From the NCBI RefSeq assembly GCF_008831285.2, contig NC_045138.2, positions 31,992,001 through 32,056,000 of the forward strand: a DNA stretch of 64,000 bases. The letters are read 5' to 3'. The notes under the pieces were generated by a model. The model did not search any database. It was not told the DNA's origin and worked only from the letters and a program-made list of their open reading frames with translations. Source of the stretch: Nymphaea colorata (lineage: Eukaryota). A program made the position numbers and the translations under genes. Each line of letters opens with the position of its first letter. Position 1 is the first letter of the stretch. This document shows positions 25,782 through 38,100 of the stretch, piece after piece.

Positions 25782-27039
25782 TAGTGTCTATAACTGCCTT
25801 GCTTAAGCACATTGTTACTGTTTGTGCAGGTCTTTCAAGGGTTTTTTTTGCTCCTACATCCTTGTAAAATTTTCTACTTATGCCTCTACATGCAAAAAAA
25901 ACTTGACCAATATTAACATATATAACAACTGCTTTATTATATATTCAATAATACTTCATGTAGAAAAATGTGTGAATAAAAGCTTATTTAGTGCTGAAGA
26001 TAACGAGGAGGTATCTTGCTCTTGAGCAAGATTAGTCATCACCATAGTGATGAATGAAACATGCAAATTGAGAAGGGAATATTGGTGCCCCCCAAGTTAT
26101 ATATATATATATAATGTTCAACGAGGATCCGCTTTTTTCATTTAATGAAACATGCGATGCTATTGACCATAGATGCAAATCAGATCAAGAAAATAAAATA
26201 ATTTTTGCTAATAGTGCCATGATAATATATATGCAGATGCATGGGACCAATATATAGTTATACCTTACAAGGAGTTTCATATATTTCCAATTTCTTGATG
26301 ACAAATTTGGTTAATTTTATGTGTTCAACTTGGGTTCAAATATGCGGAGTTTCGTGATTTCACAGATTTGAGAGCATTGGAAGACATTCGACAAGTTATA
26401 TCTCACTATACTATTGTGATCAGCTGCTGCCCATGACAAACGTCACAGTTTAGGAAGACCCGGAATCCAGAAGCGGAAGCAATTTAATGTGGTTCGGTGT
26501 TCATCAACTAGTGTGTAACATCTCATTATATAAAAGTCACACGTCCCTGCTTATGTTAAGAAATTGTTACAAATTTTTTAGTATCATTAAATGCAAAATA
26601 TTTTTCATTTACAACACCACGATCTTCTACCATAAAAATCTTCGATTGAGATTTCTCCTTGATTCTTTGATATGCTCATTCGATACTTGATTAGTTGTGT
26701 CGAACCATGTTTTCAAAATTTTTATGAGAACCAACATATAATTTTTAATATTTTTCATTATGTTAAATTAAAATTTTTAAAATTTCTAAATAAAATTTCG
26801 ACTTTTTAAAAATTGAAGGCCCTTGAGGCCCATGCCTTATTCTTATAAGTCGCGTGGGGTGGCATCCCGATATATCAAAAGTGAGTCTTCCACCTTGTAA
26901 GATAAAAGCTTTGTCGGCGGTGAAAAAGTTCCCTGCTCACCGGAATGAATGCAAGGGTCTTAGTCGAATCACTCTTCGGGGCATACCCGGGCTGGCTTCA
27001 CACAAATCGGTTCAGTTAATATTAATCGAGGAATCGATT

Positions 27040-27116
27040 CGGCTTTTCTACGCCCCTTGCCTGCGTCATCACTCCGAGCTCCCGCGGTAGGCCATCTGCA
27101 AGACGTCCCACAGCAG
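27040..27116 (+). other. Probable first (non-coding) exon of CstF77
   Basis: GC-rich stretch ending at a strong donor CAG|GTAACT followed by a CT tract. No in-frame ATG from 26964 to 27116. The 5' boundary is approximate. Confidence 0.55.
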
Positions 27117-28164
27117 GTAACTCTCTCTCTCTCTTTCTCTCTTTCTGTGAGAAATTTAGTTTTTGGACTATGGGAAAGAAGTCGAATATTTAGCGTCTTA
27201 CTGGAGCATTTATATAATCTGGAGATTTAGCAGTCAATTTAGTGAATTTTTTGATTCGGATTATGAATCTGCCCGCCCTTTGCTGTTTGGTTTGAAAATG
27301 TGCGATTCTTATTTTTAGTGCATTCGTTAAGAAACCGCAGATGATTTGGACGGTTTTCTTCTTACTTTTGTAAATTTTCATGTTTAGCTCGGGTTGTTCT
27401 CTGCGTGGAAGAGTAGGGAGTAAAAGGGAAAACAGAAAAGGAGGACTGGCTTCTCTGGTTTACTCTGTTGGTTGCGTGTTCTGGATTAAGGTGGAATCTT
27501 CCCTAAGTTGAAGAATGAATAAGAGGCTCATTTCTCTGTTGATTCTGATTTTAATGTAGGCTTGTTACTGATCACTTGAGATTCTCCATAGAGGTCGGTC
27601 TAATATACATTCCTTCCCTGTTGAATGATGTGTTTAGGGTTCCATGTACGCCTCAAGCTCGGTGTTAGTCTTCAATGAAAAACATAACAAGTGGAAAGTT
27701 AAGGTGCCATTTCTTAATTAAAGAAGAAAAGCTGAAGTTAGTTAACGTCGTTCGGAAAATCCGATGCATAGACTAGCCAATCTGTAAATCACAAGTTAAA
27801 TGTGCTTTTATATTGTTTTTTACTTATAAATTTGTTATTTTATTTTATTTTTCAAAATTTTCATTATTTTTATGGATATAATACTTCATGATTTGGTTTC
27901 TGAATCTTACGCTTCAATGCCTCGAGGCCCACACCTTCCCTCACAATAGGCTCAATGGGTTACTTCACTTTATTACATTTGACAACATGAGAGATGAGAC
28001 ATTAGCCTTCTATCTGATTTTTTTTTTTTCTCTTTTTTAGCATTGATCTATTGCGATTATTAGGTGACATGGAATTTTTGATTTTATTAAATTGATCCTT
28101 TTGTATTTATGCAATCATGAGAACTCGCTAACCTTGTCTTGAAATGCATATTTTGCAGCTGCAG

Positions 28165-28270
28165 GATTTAAGACTTGGAGTATGTGCTTTTTGCACTCAT
28201 GGAGGATTTAAGACTTGCAGTATGTACTTTTTGCATTGTGGAAATTTAAGACCTCTAGTATATGTTTTCT
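28165..28270. repeat. ~40-bp tandem repeat, 3 diverged copies
   Basis: Unit approximately GGATTTAAGACTTGGAGTATGTGCTTTTTGCA. Confidence 0.8.
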
Positions 28271-28974
28271 ACAGCTACTCATTAGTGTTAATATCTACCT
28301 GTTGGCGATGTTAGTGGTAGACTCTTAGGACCAGAGTCATGTGTAAACTGTTGCCTCCCTTTGTATACATTGGCCATTAGCTGTTCCTATTAGTCTCTTC
28401 GGTGATGACACTGACCAAGTGACCATGGTTTTTTACAATCAAATACAAAAAGAAAAATCTAGGAAAAAAATATCCTTGACGGTCAAAGACATTTAAATTC
28501 ATACCGCAGATAATTTAGGGACCTTGTTCACTGCAAACTTATCCATTTCTTCTTTAGTTCCAATTCTGAACACCTTCTGAACTGTGGGCTGCATTTATGC
28601 ATTCATGCCACTTGGGTTTGGAGTTACTTCAATTTTCATTTTCTCATTCTAAAGAAATTTGTTACATTCGTTTCATTATCCTCTCATAATTCAAATCAGA
28701 TGATGCCATTTCTTGTCTCTTCCTAGTCATCTCTATTCTCCTATCTTTATACCCCTTCATATTTCTATTGATTGTTTCTTCAACTTCTGGTTTACTCTTG
28801 AACATGGGGTTGTGCACTCACCAGTTACATGTTCAAGGTTTTTATGGTCCTATTTATGCCTCACCTTTTACAGTAATTGCATTAGTAATAAATAAAACAT
28901 ATCGAAAGCTAGGGATTGCCTTGCCATGGATAAATAAGACCGACTGTTTTTTCTTATTACTCTTCTTTTTCCAG

Positions 28975-31900
28975 GAGAAAAAAGCTAGAGATTGTCTTGC
29001 CGTGGATAAATACAATGTTGAGGCCTCAGAAACACTTGCAAATATAGCACAGGTGAGGGGCCTAGTGTTTGTCATGCTGTTTGTTTGCATCTCTCTTTAT
29101 GTGCTTATTTCTCATTGTCTCAACAATGCAAAACAACTCCTGGTGCAAATGAATACATGCTTTTCACAAACAGGCAAATCCGTAGAGAAAGCTAGATGAT
29201 GCGACATGTAATGACCATCTGCCACTATGAAAGAATAGGTTGCAGCTCTATGTTATTGAATTCATGTTATGACAGCAGGGTTCAAGAAGATAAGAAGAAA
29301 ATAAGAAGAAACCGTTTTCTCATAAGAGTAAACTCCTAAACAAGAGGCAGTTTTGTGTTGCAATATCGCCCATGATGCTTGAGAATTAAACCATGTAATA
29401 TTGAGATCAACTTCTTGTCCATCCCTTGTTACTGGAAATCTGACTTTTAGATTCTAATTCTAGATGCCTCTTCCTTTTGTTTAGTAAATGGTCATCACCA
29501 TCTATAGCTGGTATCTGCTAGTGCTCCAGTGAGCTGGGGTGCCAGCAGGGGTTGCCATGTTGGATGCTGATGGATCACAGGGTTCACATCTGAATGTAAT
29601 TTATACACTGGAATTTATATTTTACATGTTGAATTGACGTACTTTATCTTTCTGCAGTTTTTACCTATTGCAGAGTCTGCACCAATATATGAGCAACTTC
29701 TTTCTACATTTCCGACAGTGGTAAGCTTTTGTTAAATTCCATTGTTGTCCGCTCCCTTAAAGCAGACCAAGGAGAGATCACTATGATATCATTTGAAGTA
29801 CTTAGTTGCTGAAGGTTATATGATATTATGACATTTAACTGCTCTTAAGTAGTTGAAGATACATATTTGGTATATAAGCTGTGTCATGATGATGACTATT
29901 TTGTGAACTAAACTTGTGAGAGATCTCTTTATTAAGAATCCTGTCCAAAATGTAAAACTGTAGATTATCCTTCAATGTTCTTGTTCTTAGAAAAAAAAAG
30001 GGGTCTCTGATGATTTTTGGCATCTCTCAACCTATGGATCTGAATCATTGTCTTAAAACACATGTTTTGAAGGCCAAGTTCTGGAAGCAGTATGTCGAAG
30101 CTCAAATGGCTGTGAACAATGATGATGCAGTAAAACATATTTTCAGTCGTTGCCTGTTGAATTGCCTGCAGATTGCTCTCTGGTAAGAGGTTGTTTTATG
30201 CTTTATGTGAGCAAAGTTTCTTGCATTATGTAAGCATGATGACTTAAATAATTTGATAGGTTCCCTGCAAAAGAAATGTGGACTTCTGTTCTTTTCTAAA
30301 ATTTGACAATGGTTTCATATGTTGGCCATATGGTGCAGAAATCCATCCATAGAAGTGATCCTGTCTCTCTATGGCACATGGATGCAGCATTTTAATTTTG
30401 GGTGCTGCATCTGCTTTGCATCGTTCTTCCCAAAATTTGACTTTTTTTTTTCCATATTTTTGGCCATATAGATGACAAAATCCATCCATAAAAGTGATCC
30501 TTTGCTCTATGGTACATGGACATGGCATTCTGGGTGCCACAGGCCCACAACCATGAAGCAGGTGTGGCTTGTGGGTGCATGCTAACCAAAAAAAAAAAAG
30601 GAAAAAATTAAAGGGAAACCGGAGGAGGATAGAGAAGGAGGAGAAAGGAGGAAGAGGAGGAGGAGGAGGGAAAGAAAACTTACCTGGCATTGGGAGAGTG
30701 CAAAAACCACCCACAGTAATGCAAACGGTCACAGGCAGCTGCATTAGGGTTCTTATAAATTTTGTTTACTGTAACCTCCATTTTATTAACAATTTCAAAA
30801 AGAGAACCATTTCCTTTTAATCTTTACCATCTTACTTTTAAAATTTTCTTTTATTACAGTAAGAGGCTTATTATAAAAGTATTCTATGAATCTATATGTA
30901 TATAGCCATCCCTGCACCTAAGTTTTCTGGAAGATGTTGCACCAACATGAGCACTGCTACTGGCACCGGCATCGGCACCAGCACCAGCAGCACCCTGCAC
31001 CCTCGTTACAACTGACATAGCATTTGATTTTCCCCTCTCCAGACTGAATGCTTCCATTGATTTCTAGACTGAGTCACATAGGTGCAGGCACAAGCACAAA
31101 ATATATCCCATGACAATTTTAAAAAAGATATGTACTTAAGGGATAAGGTGCGCTATACATACACTATATCTCGATATATATTTATGAATTTGTACATATA
31201 ATTATGAATTGTATATATAATAATGAAATCAAACATATAATTTCATGAAATCAAACATATAATTTCATGAAATCCTGAAGTTGTGTATGTGTTTAGTCAT
31301 GATTATATGTATATAGCTTCAAAATTTTGAAGATTGAAAGGGTTTTTTTTTTAAGTTTTTTTTTTTTTGGGGTAAAATTATTGATCAGTTTGGGTCCAAC
31401 CCAAACTTGACCCAGAACGTCTCCACTTGTGTCCAGATACTTGTGCCCCATACGAGCTGTACACATAGCATACCCATGTTACTTAGCTTTCTGCAAATAA
31501 TGCAATATTATTATTTCAGTGCCTTTGTCATACCATGTTACCTTGTTACTTTTGTCATATGCTAAGTAACATGGACTCTTCAAAAGACTGTCAACTTGGT
31601 TTCACGCAGGGCAGCTTAGTTGAGGCAATAGACAACTTGCTTTCTTTCTCGTTGAATCATTGATAAGATCATAGTTTGTTAATTGTTAATTTTATGATTT
31701 TTGGATAATTTTTACATTCGCTGCACCCATACCCATGTTTTTTTGATGCTGAACATGCACCTGCACCCATACCCATATTTTTTTGATGCTGAACATGCAC
31801 CTGCATAATGGGCTGTTAATCCTGTGCGATTTATTTGTGTTTCCTGGATATAATGGTTTGGTGATCATGTCTTTGGCGGCAGTATGACATGATAACCTAC

Positions 31901-34900
31901 TTTCATTTCAGTGGTACTTGTTTAAGCTCTGTTACACCTTTACGTGTTAGTAGCCTTGGCAGTCCAACTTTGTTCCCAAGGAAGTTAATCCACTTGTTCA
32001 TTAAATTAATGAAGCTTATTTTGATTGCATAACATAAAATTTTCCTCATCATCATGGTAGTACATATTTCTGTTCATCTTCAAAACTTGAGGGCAAAGTT
32101 TCATCTTAAATGTTGTTTATCATATTGATCTACACAAGTTGCACGCTAAATTTCTATTCTACTGAAAACACCAATGCTAGTAGCTTCAAGAAAGCTCTTT
32201 TCCAAAGGAGCCAATCCAGAATTTTTTTTGTGGTAATAATTTATTAAAGATAGCTGTAATTGTTATGAGGTGGGCCTATGCTTAAATTTCTCAACTTAGA
32301 AATACAAAATGGCAGCTGCTTCCCTCCCTCCCTCCCTCCCCCTCTCTCTTTCTCCCTCTCTCCCTCTCACATTCTCATGGTTCCTGCATTTAGCAGTACT
32401 TGGTTTGAAACTGATTTTTAAATGCTCGTCTTCTTTAATGCCCTTTTCATTTGACTCATTCTTTAATTTTGAAAAGTATAGAATCCATATCCAAAAAGTT
32501 CTTACTCAAATTGGAACATAAATGGCTAATTTTTCATTCAGTTACTATTGCATACATATTGCCATATCTCTTAGGGAGTTTAATGTGAAGTTAGATTATT
32601 TACATGCCTATTTATTTTTGTGTGATGGTTTGAGTTGGTTGGTCTAGAACATTAATGATAATTGAGTATTTGATTTGATTGTTTTTTCATGGCGTTATTT
32701 GTTTGATACTTGTAGAAAATATTCTAGTTATTCATAGTAAAATGTTGATTGGTTAACAGTAATATGCTTTTCATATTTTGTTTCACATCAATTGATCAGT
32801 TGCACTTTAAAAGATTAAAACTTTTCCAACTTTTCTTTGACTAGTTTAACTTATGAAGTGACATTAGGCATTGTCTTGGGGACCAATGAGATGTTGATTT
32901 TATCTCTTTCTCTCTCTCTCTCTCTCTGTCTCTGTCTGTCTGTCTCTCTATATTATATGTGTGTGTGTTGTTGATGCAGGTATACCAACGGTCCAGCACT
33001 TTACTAGCTGAGAAATACTAAAACCTGTTACCCATTGTACTTTTGATTTTAGGAGGTGCTACATTCGTTTCATCAGGAAAGTAAATGAAAAGAAGGGAGC
33101 AGAAGGGCAAGAAGAGACCAGGAAGGCATTTGATTTCATGCTGAGCTATGTTGGTAGAGAATCTCTTTCTCTTTGTAAAGAACGATGTATATTTCTTATG
33201 GTCCACTAGGTTTTTACATCTGTGACTTGAAATATATTAATATAGCTTTCTATTGGCTGTCAAACTATAGATATGTCTAAAAGTTAACTTACCATGGTTA
33301 AAATTTAAAAGATGGACATGTTTTAGATGCCAATACTCTTCTTCCAATAACCATCATGGGTTATTTTTCTTGTGAAAGTTTTGGATACCTTTCAAACCAG
33401 CATTCATTTTTGAAGGTTTTTGTCGATAGACAAATTTTCAGTGTGCTATCCCTTAAATGTCTATTTTCACATTCAAAAGCCAATTGCGGATTTATAACTG
33501 CTGTCAACTTTCCTGGCTTGAGTTGAGAAGAAAGTTTTCTCAATACTGTTGGATGTGCATTCAGGTACTGACATATCCTCTGGGCCTGTATGGATGGAGT
33601 ATATCACTTTTTTGAAGTCCATACCTGTGAGTTTCTCGTACATTTTAACCCCAAATCATGGCATGTTTTTTCAGTATCAGTTCGTTGGTAAAGATTTAAG
33701 CTAACACAGTATATTCCTCCTTCAGGCTGTCACTGTACAAGATGAATCACAACGCATGACTGCAATACGAAAAGCATATCAAAGAGCAATTGTGACCCCA
33801 ATTCATCATGTGGAACAACTATGGAGGGACTACGAAAGCTTTGAGAACTCTGTTAGCCAGGCATTGGTAATGCATTCATTTGTGTCCATTTATATTTTGA
33901 CAGCTTCATGGATGTCTCATGGTTTTAAGTAGTAAAAAGTGCTAGCTGGTGGCACCCTCATAAGGCATAAGTGGGACTAGTTTGTCTGTGTTGTCAAAAG
34001 TGTGCCCAAGTCTCAAGGCTTCACTGGTTGCTTAGGCTGTCTGTCCGAGGTGACTTGCTGCATGAAAATGTCTACGGACCATCACTTAAGGCACATACAC
34101 TGTTCGAGACACCCGATCACATAAGTGTTGCCAAAATTTATAACATATGATGTCATTGCGAGTCAAATGAAATACATCACAATGTGTGCCATAGAAGAAA
34201 AAAAGTATACACATGTTGTTCATATTTGAGACAAATTGTTAGAGGCATGTGCTTATCAATCTTGGCTATGTATATTTTAGTGTAAACATCTGATTTGCTT
34301 GCTGCGTGAAACATGGATTTCGTTGCCAGTTTCTAGGGAGTTAGAATTATTGTAAAATTTTGTGTTTCTATAAATGTAGATATTAACTGTACAAAAAGAA
34401 AAAAGTAGAGTATAACATGTACATAAAATAGTATGTTGTCTATATGTATTCTCTTCCAGTGCATTTATGGAGTGGTCAACCATCTCATAGCTGTCTACTT
34501 CTTTGTTTCCTTAAATTTTGACTTTGCGGAATGGGTTGGCTATGAGAGTCCGTGTTCATTTTATCATAGAGAATAAGAATCAAAATTATCAGTTTTGAGT
34601 GTGCTTTTTTAGTACTCTGCTGTTCAAGACTTGTTTTTACAGATTTCTTCCTGAGTATGCAGGCTAAGGGCTTATTATCTGAGTATCAACCAAAGTATAA
34701 TAGCGCAAGAGCAGTGTACAGGGAGCGAAAAAAATATGTCGATGAGATAGATTGGAATATGATTGCTGTTCCACCAACTGGTTCCTGCAAGGTAGGGCCA
34801 GATCTAACATTTTGGATTTTCAGAAGAATTTTTAGGGCACCATTCATAGTCATTGATTTTGATTCCATATGCAAATTTTTGGGTTAGAGTAGATACGAGC

Positions 34901-37816
34901 ATATGTTTTTTTTTTTTTTTGTGACATCCAATATGTGGTATACTGTCATGTTTCCCATTTGACTAACATGCCAAAGCTTTTCTCACACACAGATACAGCA
35001 AACACATCCACACGTTTGCACATAAAGTGATAAAACTTTTCTTTGTCATATGGCAATCAAAGTTATAGTTAACACATGATCAACCACAGTTTTTATATCT
35101 TTAGCTCTCTCAGTTTACCATATTCGATTATTTTGCTAGAGTAGACATCAATTTTGGGTGTTTCAAAATGGGGATAAATGTTATACCTCAGCTTAAAACT
35201 TTGCAAAAAGCACAATCCTGTTGCTTGCAGCGTCTTCTGTGGTATAGTATGTGCTGCTTTTCCTTTTGACAGAAACTACTAAAATCACACTGCTGTTCAG
35301 TCTCCTGTAGTAATGAGATATGAAAGTGAGGGTTGCTATTCAACAAGCAGCCATATTGCATTGAAATGGAGTCAACCCTTTACCTCCTCCTTGTTCTCCT
35401 CTCACTCTCTCCCTCTCCATGCTGGAGGGTGTATGTGCACTGTGTGGTTGTACAGTTGTACCTACATGCATTATTATTCGAGTTCAAGCTAGATGCCTGT
35501 AGGTTCTCTTTTTTAATGCAAGTTTGTGAATTTTGCAGGAAGAGCAGCAATGCATGGCATGGAAACGCCTGTTAACTTTTGAAAAGTAAGAACATGAGTT
35601 AAGGTTTTTTACATTTTACACCACAAAGTTTATGTGAGAAAGGGTACTCTTTGTTCCTAAACTTCTTGTGTTAGACTTATCACAAGTATCGTTCTTGGCA
35701 TTCTAATCATCAAGTTTTTCTTTTGGGTTTTTATGAAATCAAGAATATCATGTCCTGATCACATCCTTTGTGGTGCTTGTCTGTATTGCCTACATTTGAT
35801 GATCTATGTGAGAAGCTACTGTAGTGTGAGATGACAATCAAAGTTTTTTTCTGAAGACACACATCAGAATGTCAAATAAGCAAACAAGATATTTTTGCTA
35901 CTATATGGGTTACTAAGTTCATTTTTTTTCTTTGGTTTGTACCTTAGGTGATTATATGGTATTACAGTTCCAAATATTGTTTACAGAAGTAGAGGTTAGC
36001 ATGAACCTTTTTGCTGGTAAAAAGACACTGAGTTGCATGCATATGAAGCAACGTGTATGAAGTTGAAACTTGAAACCATAGGCTTGTTATGGTATCATCC
36101 TGGATAATATCATACAAGTAGTCAAAAGAATATAAACCAAATCCTTGATAACTAATTCCGGGTAATCAAACGAAGAAGACATGATACACCCTGGATAAAT
36201 CACTTCTGGATGCTTGTCACCCTGAATCAGTTATCCAGGATCTCTATACATTGATAACTGATTTCTTCAATCAAACATACCCTAAAGAAGAATACAAGTA
36301 AATAAATCGATATATTAGAGCATGTGTATGTGTGTGTGAGAATGCTTGTATATCTATATAAATGTGAAAATGTGTGTACACTGGACAAGTGTACATATGT
36401 AATTAGACATATTTTAAAAGGTGGGAGAAGCATGGGTTTTGGTCGATCTATTTGTCTCTTTATTTATTGGATTAGAACTCCAACTGTAGGCACTACAAGG
36501 TGCTTCATTAGTGATTAATAATTCTTCTCTCATTCTTTGCAGAACCAATCCACAAAGGATTGATGTTGCCTCGTCTAACAGAAGAGTTGCCTTCACATAT
36601 GAGCAGGTAGTATGGAAAAATTAATTTTTCTGGTTATCTTCTCTCCACTTGAATACAGATTTATGAAGTTATGCTATTGTTACTGTAATGATTGCATTGG
36701 CCTATTTTTTTTCCCCTTCTTCAAGTTAAATCTACCTGTTTTCTATTGTGTTGTGGTCAAGGGACATTTTCTCATCTCAGAGGGGGAAAGTAAAATAAAT
36801 CAACTGACCATGTACTATGTGCTTTTTTACACCCGGCCCATATCGAAATGCTTTTGTATCTGGCTGTTTTATTTATCAAGTAGCTTTTTTTGGATCTAAT
36901 GAAAAGTTTTGAAAATCTGCACAAAAATAGAAGATGGTTCTGTAACAAAGTGACCAGAACTCCATCATTTGTCAAGTATTTCCAAACCAGTATTGGCTTG
37001 TAGAACCACACTTACAATCGGTCTATGGACTTTCACTTGGGTGGTCGAGTAAATATGTTAATTTCATGATTGAAATTCCTGCCATTTTATCATGCCAAAA
37101 TTATGATGTATGAGAAAGATACATAACTCCAAGCCATACCCTATTTCTTTTCCGCTCAGTTTTAGTGGGAATTGTATGTCTGACCAAACATTTGTTCATA
37201 AATTCAATTACTAATTGTCCACATTACATATAACAAAGAACTAAAGGAGCTGCATTGAAATGGACTTTTCACACAATATGGTAGGGAAAGGAGGGAAGAC
37301 AAGGGGTAACTGGAAAGTACATCATTTGAGCTTGTTCAGTCAGGTACCTTCCTCAAGGGGATCAGCCATGAGAAAATCATTGCTCTCAGGTGGGGGTTTC
37401 TGATGACACCTTTTAGGGAAGAATGCACCGGGTTCCATGGGAGTAATAACAAGATTTGTTGGTGAAAGCTCCAATAATATGCAGCTCCACAAGGCTGTCA
37501 TCTCAACGATTAGAAATTGTGTGTCAATTCCTGTCAAACAAGGACCAGTTGTTAGGTGAGGGATCCTTTGAAGGTGACTTCCTGGATCATACTGCCTCAA
37601 CAATATCACCCATTTACATATATGGTATGCACCAGTGAAGAGTATAATAGACATGGTTTGATGCTCACACATGAGAAGATATATAGGTGTCTTCCAGCCC
37701 AATAATGTAGCATTGCCATTATGGACCACTCTTTGTCATCCATTATGTGAGATCTGATGGATGAGATTTTTGGAGAAAAGAGAAATTGTAGCATGCCTAA
37801 TTTGCACATTTCTTTC

Positions 37817-37879
<63 letters not shown>

Positions 37880-38058
37880 GACCCAAAACAAAGTGCACAG
37901 ACAACACCATTAATATATATATATATATATATATATAAAACCCAAAACAAAGTGCATAGACAACACCATTAACAATTGACAGGCTATCATTTTACCATTG
38001 TTTTGATGAAAAGAAAGCAAATCGTCAGTTGCTGCATCTGAGCTGCTATATGTGTGTG

Positions 38059-38100
<42 letters not shown>

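Noticed and set aside
37340..37760. 129-aa minus-strand ORF in a CstF77 intron
   Set aside because: No convincing motif; may be a decayed LINE/RNase H-like fragment, but this cannot be supported without a search.
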